64,000 nucleotides of DNA, taken from Azolla caroliniana (taxonomy: Eukaryota > Plantae > Polypodiophyta). Below the pieces are notes generated by a model, which worked only from the letters and a program-made list of their open reading frames with translations, was not told where the DNA came from and searched no databases. Positions 39,701 through 53,100 of the stretch are shown piece by piece. The first letter of the stretch is position 1. Each line of letters begins with the position of its first letter. The stretch lies in assembly GCA_043228905.1 (NCBI GenBank), contig JBHGNT010000001.1:34658001-34722000 (forward strand), given 5' to 3'. The position numbers and the translations under genes are program-made.

Positions 39701-42510
39701 AGATTGCTCCTGGATAAATTGCCAACCTGCTGGCATAAAAGACTGCCACCTTTTTTGGTATTTTTTATTGATGACTAAAAGCAGCCTAAACTCTAAAAAC
39801 ACAGCCAGTGTTTTAAACTTACTTCAGCAATTAAAACCTGCATGTTAATCTTCAAAGATACCTTCCATTGAGTATAGTACAAAAAGTAAATCAGCTATGA
39901 GACCTACATATTTCCGCACTTGCCAATTACTCTCTTTTAACGCTAAAGCTGAATATCAAATTGCACATCAAGGGAGGTTTGTTTGAATAAGGCCCAACTT
40001 TACAATTGCACACACGCCACCACGCATAAGAACCCAATGTGAACTAGATCAGCCCCATACCTACCCAGCCTTGGCTCCCCTGCTTTAGGACCTGGCCCCC
40101 GACCATTCCAGGTTGGTCATACAATGTCATTATAAATATTAAAATAATGCCAAAACAGAAGAAAAGTTGACACTTGCTGGTTAAAATCCCAATCACAGTT
40201 TCTAACCTCTCAGAATCTAGTTTGACAATATTGACTGCTCCTTCATCTGTTCCTGTGTAATGACTTCCTTTAACTAATCGACATGGAATGCCCACATGAT
40301 CCGCCAAGACCTAGATATTGAATACCCCAATATAAACTTTAAATGTTGAATCAAATGAAATCAATTTCATTTACAAAGTTAGGAAAAGTTTGATTTTAAT
40401 AGTATTGCTAGAAGCAAAATGTATTCCAATAACCCACGCTGACATATACCTTGAACAATAGTGCACGGTGTCGAGAGAGTCCAATTTTAAGACAGCCCAG
40501 TGGCAAAACAATATTGTTTATGGACATCCTCAGCTCATAGCTTTTAGTCACCCAGTTTCTAAGCATATCATTTGCATCAACAACCGGTCCTCCCATATGT
40601 TGAACAACAAGGTCTGCTATTTTCTGAACAAGCTCACTCGATTGTAGACAAATTCCACTCATTCCACAGTCAACAGCGAGGCAAAGAGATGCTTGTTCGA
40701 GATGTATAAGATCTGGGTCTATTGTTCTGTTCACCAAAACCACTTCATAGCCAAGCACGTCTGTTAAAGGTGTACTTTGAAGGTCTACCAGAGAGGGGAT
40801 CTTTTCAGCAGTGCCAAAATCTGACACCACACCATAAACATCATAAAACCCATCTACCACCTTTTCATCATAGTCAAGCACATTGTAATTCTGCACAACA
40901 AATACCTTGAAAAGTTAGCTTGCTAGCAAATGGGAAACTTGAAAAGGAACCTAACCCTGTCTGCATTCAAATAATTAATCAATCACTTTCACAACAGTCC
41001 CAAATGTCAATTCCTCATGCATATAAATCGATAACATGGATAACATATAAATCAATTGGTTAACAAGTTTATATCTGAATTGCTTAGTGATCTTTAAAAA
41101 GCAAGGGTAATTTTGTTGTTTTCTTTTTTATGAGACGGTAGACTCATTCTTGAACATAGCCATAGTAACAAAGGATGAAAACAAGCTTCAGCATCAAGAA
41201 GAACCTATTGTTGATGCAAATGGTATGCTTAGAAACTGGGTAAATAAAAGCATTGTTCGTGAGTCGTGATAGTATTCTTTGATTAGAAATTGTATAATGG
41301 ACTAATTTTTTCAGGACTAATCTCAATTTTTAATTTTGCTCCAAAATGAAACTGATTCATACGTTATATAAAACAAAGACTGATTTAAAACTCAGGCCCT
41401 ACCAATATCATCATTAAATCAGAGCCAACACTAGTACAAGAGGAGAATGGATAAGATCAGAACATATTCCAATACTCGTTTCATGATTAGGGATCCAAAC
41501 GTCCCTTCTTATGCTATACCCAGCATTGATGACCCCAAAAGATATTCATTGTTTTAACATTCAAGTAGAAGCTCAACATTCACAACACATTCCACAATTT
41601 GCATTTCAGAAAACTGCCACCATGTTGCCTGCCAGGATTGATGAAATTGGTTACCCATGGGAAAATGAGGAAGACGTTCATCATCCAACAGACAATGAGA
41701 AGTTACACTTTCAAAACAGATTTTAGAATTTGATTTATATGCTGCTAAAACACATTTCACTATTAGGGGTCCAAAATTTCCCCTTTATGTACTTTCAAAA
41801 TGTATTTCAAAATAAAGCCTCCTTATGTAGTCTCTAAGCACATTTCAAAATTAACCCTCATACACAATCTCAAAAAGGCATCTCACATTTAAGTTCCCTT
41901 TATGTATTTGTGAAACACATTTCACAATTTAGTGCCCTTTATGCACACTCGAAATGCCTCCCACAATAAGGTCCCCACTATACACTCCCTTAAGTTTAAA
42001 ACACATTCCACAAATACGCACTTTTCAGTGATTGCTTACCCAGTATCGATGTGCCGCAGATTCAGCAGGGTTACTTCCTGGAGACACAGGCCGGCCAAGG
42101 CTTATTCTCTTTGCAGCTCTAATTTGCAACAACTCGGGATCATCATTCTCAGCATTCTGATTTGAGACACTGAGTGCCAAAGCAAGTTGAACTTGGTATT
42201 CTTCTTCATACAAGTTGAAATTATTCTGACCTTCTAGATGCGGACTTTCAACATCACTGGTGGCCCGGGACAGGTGGGAACTTTCTGGTCGCCGTGCAGG
42301 TGTAGATACATTATTCGAAGAAGAAGAAGAAGGTCGGAAGGTATGGCGAGCATTGGTAAGCCATCCTGATAGACCCGATGATGAAGTTGATGCAGCAGAA
42401 GAATCTTGATTTTCGGTCGAGCTTAATCCTCCTATGGCTTGACTATTCTGCCCATCAAAGCCAGCCTCATGGCTCCCTCCAAGGTGAAGCTTTCGAAGGA
42501 TATGTTTCAT
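34871..42510 (-). CDS. EDR1: EDR1/CTR1-like B3 Raf-type MAPKKK, about 804 aa; exons 42040-42510, 40450-40890, 40207-40310, 38250-38884, 38120-38160, 37666-37734, 37482-37582, 37327-37405, 37151-37249, 36587-36655, 36388-36437, 35389-35565, 34871-34949
   Basis: N-terminus [24 protein letters not shown] and EDR1 domain ([40 protein letters not shown]). Kinase motifs [34 protein letters not shown] and [12 protein letters not shown]. 2415 nt in frame. The symbol means EDR1-like; orthology was not tested. Confidence 0.94.
36772..37074. repeat. Two-copy tandem duplication (period about 154 bp) in an EDR1-like intron
   Basis: aagatataaaataaaatgacttt...aattgaacatttttcattt starts at 36772 and 36926. 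Confidence 0.9.
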
Positions 42511-43320
42511 TGTCAGGAGGACACAAAAAAATGTGTAGAGTGATATGGTATGCTATGATATATGATAAGATGTGATGTGAATTTGGTATCTTATCAATTT
42601 TGAGATGAATATGAAAAGGTAGGAATTTCCTAACCCTAGCCCTAAATATCTACAATATCATAATCTTCTTCAAATTGAGAGTGGACAGAACCCGTAACTC
42701 CAAGCCTGCGTGATATAATATAATATCTTCCACAAATTGGAGCCAATCGGAGCTAACCGAGAAAACATAATGCTAAATCATATCGATAATGATATCTTAT
42801 GCATATCCGAGGAAGCCAAAGCCCAGGCCCTAAACACTGCATTTTCGGACAGAGAAATTGACGATGAAGAAAGCTCACAAGCGAGTTCATAGATCTGAGG
42901 AAGAAATTGCAGAATAATGCTGCCGTGGATTTTTATATCTCTACCTCTGCTCCCTACATAGAACACATCGACCCTAAATTTGTGGCATAGAACGCCCAAT
43001 GAGAACAAACCACTGCATTATTCGGGCGATGTGAAGAGAGCTCACGAGATAATTTGTAGATCTGGGGAAGGTATTGCGTCGATGTTACAGGAGACGGAGG
43101 AGGTCGCCATGGATCCTGTGCTGCTTCCTCGAGACGAGAAGAACGAATGATTTTTGCTTTGTTGATTTTTGCTTCCTTCCCAAGGTATCTCTGAACAATA
43201 AAAGGCTTCATGGATTTCTGAAAAGTGAAATTACACAGACTACCCCTCTGGCTGGTTTCTCGATATTCCATAAAATATACCCCTCCCACTCAGTTCTTTC
43301 CTCTCCTTCATAATTTATAA

Positions 43321-43546
43321 ATACATTATATATCTAAAGACTAAATATAATACATAATACATATATAAGTCTCTTTAGGCCCTTTCGTGTGTATGGTGCT
43401 AACAACTCCTGAAAACTAAATAAGTCTCTAAAGACTAAATATAAATTATAATACATTATATATCTAAAGACTAAATACAATACATAATACATATATAAGT
43501 CTCTTTAGGCCGTTTCGTGTGTATGGTGGTAACAACTCCTGAAAAC
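43321..43546. repeat. Two-copy tandem duplication (period about 130 bp) upstream of the EDR1-like gene
   Basis: atacattatatatctaaagactaaata...aacaactcctgaaaac starts at 43321 and 43451. Confidence 0.85.
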
Positions 43547-46063
43547 ATCCAAAATGTAATAATCCCACCGATGAATCCACTTATTAACCTTCGAATAATG
43601 TATGCCACAAGAACGAGAACTAATCATAATTCAGTATTAAAACTTTCAATCATATATGTAGGCAAGCATGTGAAACCTTCTATTAGAATCTTTAAGTGAC
43701 ATTAAGTAGAATTAAGAAGGGAAATAAGGAAGAAAGGGCGCTAGTCCACTCAAACACCCCCTAGTAAAAGTAAGAGATGGATCCGAGTCCCCCATCAATG
43801 TCCCATGCCATCGAGTATGAACATGGATCGTACATTGGTTTTGAAGAAGAATGAGGCGTGCATGTATTAAGCTAGAGCTTTTCTACACTATCTAAATCTT
43901 TGTCTCAAAGCACTAAAGATTATATTTGCTCAAACCATAGGCCCTTGTACGTTTCACACTTTGTTGCTTTTTCTAAAAAAGTGACCAAGTGATCAAACAC
44001 TCTAAAGTTATCCCCCATTGTAGGCTCGAGATAACTCAATCCTCACCCTTTGTTCATTATGAATTAGCCCATACCTAACCCTAAGGTTAGAGAATCGCGG
44101 ATACGGTTATGCTCGTAAAATATTCCCTAATCTTTGTTGTTCAATCAATTAAAGTAGGGTTGATGCCATAAAAGTTTCACATTCAAGAAATATGATGTCA
44201 CTCTAAGAGAAATGCAATTTGAAGTTTGAATACCATTACTATCAATTGGTGCGTGGAACATGTCACTTTCGATGTTGATATCTCATTTATTGTATAAATA
44301 TAGACAATGAACAATTCATCACATTGATGTCATAGAAATCATCGAAGTTCAAGTAAGCATTCAACTGCCCATACCCTAGGAACGCGACAATCTATTCAAA
44401 AGGCGGACAGATATATATGAAGTTGAGAAAAGTAAAAAGAACAAGTACTGACATCAACAAAACTTTAATCAAAGAGCGAACCAACAAACTAAAAATGTAC
44501 TTATATCCTTCCTTCAACACAATAATACTACTTTGCATTGTTTGTGCAATCAACCCCATGATTAGTCCGCGAAAAGAATGTACAAACCAAATCAGCAAAA
44601 ATTTGTGACGTGTTAGATTCACAAGCCAGCCAATCCTACTTAAAATATAGTTAGTGCATTAATTTGCAAACCCCACACGCAAAGTAATATATATCATGTC
44701 ATCTAAGCAAAAAAACAAGAGAGTAGCTACTAGCAATACCCATAAAAAACAATGGCATTGTTCATAGTTGATGTAATATGGCATGTGAATTGTCAATATT
44801 TAACTTCTTCCAAAATCTTATTGGGTAGTCGTGTTTCATGCCCAAACATATAAGCAACATGACTATTGAAATGAAATGAGAAAATTATATTAGTGCCAAC
44901 TCACAAGTTACAATCTTGCCATTAACTTATTTGTTATTTTGAAATTTGAAGTATTACCAAATAAAACTTGACCAATGAATACACTTTTGTTTTCTATAAA
45001 TTTTGTGAAATTTGGACTATGACTTCACTAAGGTAATGAAGAGTTCACCCTTTAGTATTCCATGATTGACCATGTTTTGCTATACAAGCTAGGAGTATGT
45101 AAAATATTATCGGATGTCGGGGGAATACAACCACTCACAAATACCCCAAAACAACTTCAAAGATTGCTTTCCCATTGATTTGCGAAGCATATGCGTCAAG
45201 AAGACAACAAGAGTATGTGAGCCTCTTGTTTGAACGAACTAAAAGTACACGAGAATGTAACACTCAAGACATTCTAATGTGTAAGAGTCTTTGAATATGC
45301 ATAAAAGTTTCCATTACAGCTCACTTACACATGTCATATTCTTTGGCACAAAGCAAGTGGAACATTAGGCTTCCATGGAACATGCTAGCCATCATAACAT
45401 ATCATTCATTATAATCTTTATAATATGTGTTTATATATGTCTATATACACACACAGTTTCATATACACCGTGTTTACATTTACATGGCTAAGCCTATCAT
45501 CATATACACGGTTTGTATATGATAACCTTGTGTGCAGTTTGCAATCAATGTAGTGTGAATGTGTTTGAGAGTCTCTTAGAAATAGGGCGACATGATCTTC
45601 CATTAGGACAACTTTGAGGTTTCAAGTGCAACGATTTTACACAAATTTTACGTTATTCCAGCAATTACACTGACCAGTGGTAATAATCTCTTTATGATTG
45701 TTCAACAAGGCAATGCGCAGCTTCCCACTGGGACAACTTTGAGGTTTTTGTGATGAGATTTTAGACATCAGTTAATACACGGGATTGTGGAAACATTTTG
45801 TGTAAAAATTTCTTCACCTTTTCTCATTTATTAATGCAAGTGATCGGCAGGAAAGAGAAAACTTAATAATTCTCCTAGAGAAAGCTTATTTACTTAATTC
45901 TCCTCTGTTATCATGGGGGTGATGAGATGGCATAACTTTTGCTCTGTTTTTTCTATGGTGAACCCAATTCCACAAAAACGAGATAAGATCTAATGAAGAG
46001 ATTAAAGAAGACCTAACCTATAAAGGGCAGATGGGAGGAGCATGCATACGTGCACACACAACC

Positions 46064-46122
<59 letters not shown>

Positions 46123-46177
46123 GAGCTAAGGACATGACTGCATTTTGCTATGGGAAACTATAGAAACCTATCAGAAA

Positions 46178-48469
46178 ATGATTAGCAATCAAATGAATAC
46201 CACCCACATGGAAGAGTTCACATTTGTGGCTTTGCTCAAGTCATGTGCCAAGCACAAGAACCTCAAAAGAGGCATAAATCTACATGATGAAATTATAAAG
46301 AAAGGATTCCTTGAAAAGAGTCCTTATATAGCCACTTCTTTGATCACCATGTATGCTAAATGTAGAATGCTTCCAAAAGCTAAGGAAGTGATAGAGATGC
46401 TTCCAAATAGAAGTGTGGTATCTTGGAATGCACTCATTGCAGGGTATGCACAAGAAGGGCAACCTCGTGAGGCTCTAAACACCTTTGAAAAAATGCAATG
46501 CGAAGGTCTGAGCCCTGATTCGGTCACATTTATATGCACCTTGAAGGCATGTGGCATTCTTAGGGCCATAGATAAAGGCAAGGAAGTTCATGACCACATT
46601 GCAAGAAGTGGGTTGTTGGGTAAGAATGTTCCTCTTGGTAATGCTTTGATAGATATGTATGCCAAATGTGGTGATCTAGCAAAAGCAAGACAAGTGCTGG
46701 ATGATCTTCCAATCCGAGATGTTGTCTCTTGGAATACACTCATTTCTGGATATGCCCAAAAAGGGCAAAAGGCTTTTGAGGCAATAAAATGCTATGAGAA
46801 AATGCGTAGAGATGATGTCATTCCAGATGGAGTTACATTTATTTGCATACTGAAAGCATGTGGCAGTCTGGGTGCAATAGAGATGGCTATAGAGGTTGGC
46901 AAGGACATCCATGATCAAATTCTTAAGAGAGGATTTCTGGAGCAGGATGTTGTTGTGGGCACTGCTTTGGTGGATATGTATGCTAGGCATGGAGAGCTTG
47001 TGAAAGCTCAAAGGATCCTCAAAGAGCTTCTTATTCGGAATGTCATATCATGGAATGCACTAATCTCTGGGTTCGCAAGGCATGGGCAATGTGACGAGGC
47101 ATTTGGATGTTTCAAGCGGATGCAAAGTGAGGGTATCTTTTCAGATGTGGTCACATTCATTTCCATCTTGATGGCATGTGGCCGTGCAAGAGCAATCAAC
47201 AAGGGTAAGCAAATCCATGATGAGGTCTTGAATAGGGGCTTGCTGAGTAATAATACAGTGCTTGGGAATGCTTTGGTGGATATGTATGTGAAATGTGGTT
47301 TTCCAGCCAAAGCACAAAGAGTACTAGATGAGCTTTCCATGCGAGATGTCATCACTTGGTCCTCGGTAATTGCTGGCTATGCCCAACAAGGACAAGGGCT
47401 TGAAGCATTGAACTGTTTCGAACGGATGCAAAGTGAGGGGTTCTCTCCAAATGTGGTCACATTCATTTCCACGTTGAAGGCGTGCGGAAGTGTTAGAGCC
47501 ATTCTGAAAGGTGAAAAAATTCATGAAGATGTTACCACCAAGGGTTTACTAGAAAAGGATATTGTTCTTAGCACAGCTGTGGTGGATATGTATGCCAAGT
47601 GTAGTAGGATGGTGAAAGCTCGAGGGGTCCTCGAAAATATTGCCACCCGAACCACGGCTACGTGGAATGCCCTGATTGGAGGATATGCTCAACTAGGGCA
47701 ATGCCATGAAGCATTGGAGTGCTTAGAAGAGATGCAAAGAGATGGCTTATGCCCTGATGTGGTTACCTTCATTTCTATCCTCAAAGTGTGTAAAAGCACA
47801 GGAGCCATGGAAAAGGGCATACAAATCCATGAGGAGATTTTCAATAGTGGCTTGCTATTGAAGCATCTCATGCTTGGCAATGCTTTGGTGGATATGTATG
47901 CAAAATGTGGTGCCCCAGCCAAAGCTTTGCAACTGCTTCAAGAGCTTCCAACCCGAGATATTGTTGGTTGGAATGCATTAATCTCTGGATATGCACAACA
48001 AGGGCAAGCCAAAGAAGCCCTAAAGTGCTTTGAACAAATGCAAGAGGATAAGATATCTCCGGATGATGTTACACTCTCGTGTGTTCTAAGTGCATGTGGT
48101 CACTCTGGACTCATAGAGGATGCCCAAATTGTTCTGAACACAATGATAAGGGAGTATAGTATCCTTCCAAACCTAGAGCATTATACTTGCATGGTGGTGG
48201 CTTTTGGATACAGTGGGAGGTTTGATAAGGCCCTATCGGTGATACATGCGATGCCATCGTTGGATTACTTGGTAGTGTGGCTTGCGTTGTTAGGCTCTTG
48301 TAGGAAATGGGGAAATGTAAAGGTTGGGAGGTTAGCCTTTGATCAATCAGTACAACTAGATAATACATGTACAATAGCTTATGCTCATATGGCTAATATC
48401 TTTGCAGTGTCTGGGATGCACAAAGATGCACAAAGAGTTGAAGCTATGAGAATGAAATATGCATGTTGA
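46178..48469 (+). CDS. PLS-class pentatricopeptide repeat protein with E1/E2 extension and no DYW domain (about 763 aa from the first ATG)
   Basis: Repeating triplets WNALIxGYAQxG / VTFxxxLKACG / GNALVDMYAKCG, then HYTCMVVAFGYSG, WLALLGSCRKWGN and AYAHMANIFA. Stop occurs without a PG-box or DYW. No introns. The true start is uncertain. Confidence 0.93.
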   Translation: MISNQMNTTHMEEFTFVALLKSCAKHKNLKRGINLHDEIIKKGFLEKSPYIATSLITMYAKCRMLPKAKEVIEMLPNRSVVSWNALIAGYAQEGQPREALNTFEKMQCEGLSPDSVTFICTLKACGILRAIDKGKEVHDHIARSGLLGKNVPLGNALIDMYAKCGDLAKARQVLDDLPIRDVVSWNTLISGYAQKGQKAFEAIKCYEKMRRDDVIPDGVTFICILKACGSLGAIEMAIEVGKDIHDQILKRGFLEQDVVVGTALVDMYARHGELVKAQRILKELLIRNVISWNALISGFARHGQCDEAFGCFKRMQSEGIFSDVVTFISILMACGRARAINKGKQIHDEVLNRGLLSNNTVLGNALVDMYVKCGFPAKAQRVLDELSMRDVITWSSVIAGYAQQGQGLEALNCFERMQSEGFSPNVVTFISTLKACGSVRAILKGEKIHEDVTTKGLLEKDIVLSTAVVDMYAKCSRMVKARGVLENIATRTTATWNALIGGYAQLGQCHEALECLEEMQRDGLCPDVVTFISILKVCKSTGAMEKGIQIHEEIFNSGLLLKHLMLGNALVDMYAKCGAPAKALQLLQELPTRDIVGWNALISGYAQQGQAKEALKCFEQMQEDKISPDDVTLSCVLSACGHSGLIEDAQIVLNTMIREYSILPNLEHYTCMVVAFGYSGRFDKALSVIHAMPSLDYLVVWLALLGSCRKWGNVKVGRLAFDQSVQLDNTCTIAYAHMANIFAVSGMHKDAQRVEAMRMKYAC

Positions 48470-48519
48470 TTCATATGACAACTACATTAAAAAAAACTTC
48501 AATAGCATGAGAAGGTGGT

Positions 48520-48740
48520 AGGTTCGATAAGGCCATGTTGGTGAGACAAGCAATCCCATTGTTGGACTATTTGGCAATGTGGCTTGTACTACTAGGTGAT
48601 TATAAGGAACGAGGGAATATGAAGCTTGGGAGGAAAGCTTTTGATTAGGCAATGTTCTATATAATGCTCGTACAATATCCTTGTGGCATTTGAGGCTCAC
48701 AAAGTATTGACTCTATGAGAATGAAGCACACAATGTTGAC
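48520..48740 (+). pseudogene. Degenerate tandem copy of the 3' end (S2/E region) of the PPR gene
   Basis: aggttcgataaggcc..., ttggactatttggcaatgtggctt..., gcttgggagg...gcttttgat and ctatgagaatgaa...atgttga match 48218-48469, with stops and indels. Confidence 0.8.
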
Positions 48741-50125
48741 AACTTCAATATCATTAGAAGACTGTCCTGATGTGTTAAAACTAAAACTCCTAAACGTTAA
48801 CTTGTTAATATAGCTGAACCTATTCCTCAACTGCTTGTTGAAGGCCTTCCCATAAGTTTGTGCTGCAGGCGTATTTACTTTTCATTGAAGTGCATTGCTA
48901 AGACTTGTTGGAATATTCACATGGTTCTTTCATTTCAATGAGCCATGCAGCTCTATTGTAAGTGATATATGTGTGAGTGTTATATTACCATCATATATAT
49001 GAAAGAAACAATAGAAATATTGTATTAACATCTCTATGAGACCCAACAATGTTTGCACTAGTAATAACATATGCTATCCCATCAAAATCTGAAACAGCAC
49101 TACAAAATAGATGTATGACGACATGCAAATTTAAATATCATAATGCTAGAGCATTACACTAGATGCTTGGCATCAATCTTCATGTCATAGGGAGAGATCA
49201 AAAGCAGTGATGGACTAGATCATGCACTAATGCCCACATCTCAATCTTCCTGTATCACATATGCAGCATAATTTGCAAATGGATAAAACTTAATAAATCT
49301 GTGCTGCACATTTCGTTATTGTGCATTTAATTCCCTATTTCGTTGCAACACTATGTAGTGGGTGGGTGGGTGTATCTTCATGATATTCCATATCAAGGAT
49401 GCATTAATTAGACCAATTGGACTACTGAAGCAAAACCATAGAACAGAAATAGAGAAACAATGACATTGAGGCAGACTCCATCCACTGATGGTTTACTCAT
49501 AAAATGTAGATTTGTGCAGTGTCCACATGTAAAGGCTTTGACTAATATGTATGTTACATACAATCAGGTTTTATTGTTTTCCTCTTATATCAGATTTTTG
49601 TTACAACCGATCTAGTAACCCTCGAAATTGAGTAAAAATGCTATATTGCTAAACCAATCGTTAAATAATGTCTAATGCCTCAATTTCAATACTTTAGCTG
49701 CAGTGTATACAATGGACAGATACATTTAGCTGCTCTGATACTTGTGCTGCACATCTAAGAATCTCTTCCTGGGAACCAGAGAATTAGAAACACTTGGTAC
49801 AAAGTATTTTTGGTGATAGATCATTCTCACTCATGTCAAGTTTCCATAATGAAAACGAGAACATGACAAAGAACACAAGTTTGCGCCTACAGGAAAACTT
49901 CTAAATGAAGGAACTTCCATCTTACACAAAATAATTATGTGTTCATCTACCTACGTATGGTATGTTCACATCTGATTTGATCCACACTCATAAGAATATA
50001 TGATGTATGTGCTTAAAAATCACCTCTTGATTTTTGGGCAAAACCTCTTGCAAAACACACCACCTCTATAGTGCTTTTTAGAAAGAAAAAGAGAGATTTT
50101 TTTGATTGATAATGATTTCTCCTAT

Positions 50126-53100
50126 TTATTTTACACTTAACTGGCTTGAATTAACAATGGTCAATGGCCTATGATGTTCATTCATCTCAACTGAAAGAGA
50201 CTTTTCATCCTCAAAAGGATCAATCATTTCTTGCATATCATGCAAAATGTATGTCTCTGTTCTATCGTTCCTCAATGCAAGGTAGCCTATAAAGCTGGCA
50301 TATGCCAATAAACCAATAGAACCCAAAATTCCAATGGCCCATTGAATTGGTTTAAATCTTGTGCTCGTATGGATCCAATAAACACATTGACTTGAAAGGT
50401 AGAAGAGGTTAATGAGGATTATACAGCTACCAATGCTCCAAGCAAGGCCAGCAACCTATCCAACACAAGTAATGCACGTATATGGCTTATCTTCTTCATA
50501 CTTCAGATAACAAATACATGATTTTCTGGTATACAGTTCATACGTAAGCCTTGAGATATTAATGAAGCCCAAAGTAGTACTTTTATGGATATATACTTTT
50601 AAAACAAGGGAATCAAGATTACCCTTCTCGAATTGGCATGGCACCCCATCTTCAGACTGTTGCTTGTGAACTTCAAAAGAGGAAGAAGCGCAAAAGGCAA
50701 TTCAAATGACAGAATCATCTGTGAAAAATCGCAGCAGGAATAGCATTTCCAATCAATCATAACAATATTTTAGCAAGTGACCAAATAATCCCTCCAGAAA
50801 AAGAGAGAACAAATTGGGACAAATTTCTATCTAGAAGAACATTACATTATCAAACGAATCAAAGGTATCTAAGAACCCCTACCGAAGATACAATGATCAA
50901 TTTTCCAGCACCACTAGGTCCAGCAATGAGTGACACAATAAGGCTGGGTACAATTGCTACACATCTGGTTAGCATGTTTCTAATCCATGGAGAATATTTC
51001 AGTTGCAAAAATCCCTGCAATTTCAGACAAAAAGGAAATCTTATGGCCAAATAAACTGAGATTTTCAACGTTCTACTTTGTATGTCCTGCATTAACATAG
51101 AATACACACCTACCTGCATAACATATTGGCCAGCGTAAGTTCCAGTTATTGTAGAGCTTTGTCCAGAGGCCAGCAATGCAATCGCAAACACAGTAGAACT
51201 CCATGAACCCAAAGAATTCTGTAAATCGAAGTGACATGATCATATTCAGTGTGCCCTCGAGAAGCTTTTGCATACATTTAGTCCAAGAACAATGGGCAAG
51301 TTATAACGCTACTTTCAAAAGGAAGGCAGCACGATTAAGATCGAGGTCTTTACAGTTCTCTGCATCCTCAGTAGAAATGTTTGGACTGCTGCAGACAGCT
51401 CCACTAACAGAAACCACGGCAATATTTATGATAAATGACACCAGCAAAGCAAAACAACATTCTACAAGGTTGTATCTACACCCATCCTGCACAAAAAAGG
51501 AACTGAATTAAAATAAGAATCTGGGACTGGAGAATGTTTTTCACAGATACGCTCTTTGAATGCAAAATACCTTGATTCCTTGGACAGTTCGAGGAGTCTT
51601 CCTTGTTAAAACCAAAGCGGAATGAAGATAAAGGTTGTGACTGTAGCAAAATGCCGAAAGCGGTGCAGTGATTTAAAACAAGACTATTTCAAATAATTAA
51701 ATATTCCAACATGTTTGAAAGAGAATGATTAAAGTAATGGTAAAACTTGCATAGGGACTACCAAATGTTCAGTGATTTAAAATGGAACTTTTCTGTTAAT
51801 TAAATATCCCAACATGATTGAAAGAGAAAAATTAAAAAACTGGCAAAAATGCATAGAGACAACCAAAATGAAATTCATTGAATCTATCATCTTTGCAATA
51901 ATTTCAGTTAAAGGACAAAAGTCACACAGAAAAAAAATGCTAGACATGCTAGTGTATGTTCACATTAAATCATTGATCATGACACAAGATGAATAATTTG
52001 CAACAGATGGTTACAATAGGGACACATAAAAATTAGGAGGTTGCAAGATGCTGGAGCTCTGGCAACAACCCAAGGTTAATCTCTAGAATCAAGAAGGAAC
52101 AATGCCAAAACATTCGAGTTCAGGGCAGTAATTTACAGGGCATACCATATCATTTAACAGAACAATATCTATGCATTGTTTATGACTTGAGAAGCTAAAA
52201 AGCCATATGACCAGTCTAACAGTCAGAGTGGAGCTTCTATAAGAGTATTGATACAGGTAGAAGGTCAGCACTCCATACAGTAAATAGAACATCTTTGGAG
52301 AATGATACAACTCATGCTATGCATGGATAGAGCAGATGGTTGTATTATAAGCAAAAACCTCTTAAATGGTTAAAAATCCGCATTACGTTCCTATACATAA
52401 AAAATAACGCATGGAAAGCAAGACTTACGGCATGACCATTGCACCCAAAAGAGAAATGGCGATTGCAAAAGACCCATCTCCTTTCAACTGTGGAACAATG
52501 AGTCCATACATAATCTCTGTATAAGAGGGTTCTGCATAGTGCAACTCCAAGAAGAAGCAGCATGCGATAGTCAAAACCAAAAAGAATATGAATACTTCCA
52601 ACTTTCTCACCTACAACCAACACCATTATATAGAAAACAAAAGTTGGTAAAATACTGAATAAACTTTGTTATAAAATTACCACCAAGATTTGAGCATAGG
52701 AATCACCCCATATTGCTGTAAGCCAAGAAATATTAGAGTGCTAAAGCCTGTCAAGATGACTCCGATCCACAATTCAATATGGAATAGCATATTAAGGGCA
52801 TACGCTGTCCCAATTACTGAAAAATAACGCAATTGTAAGCTGCATAATCATGACAAAATCAAGAAGAAAGCAAACAATAGAAGACTGACCTTCAGGAATG
52901 TCACTTGCAACAATAGCTAATTCTGCTAAAACCCATAGAATAAAGTTTGTCGATGGTGGGTACTCTGCCCTGCAATGTTCTGCTAAATGCTTTCCTGAAA
53001 CCAAACATGATCTTTCATATCAAAAACTATCAGCATCCTTGAGAAGTCTAGATGAATCACAAGAATCAATGCATTGACAACTATCCAGAAAACCAGATCA

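Noticed and set aside
46280-48374. Several 60-115 aa minus-strand ORFs
   Set aside because: Antisense by-products of the repetitive PPR coding sequence.
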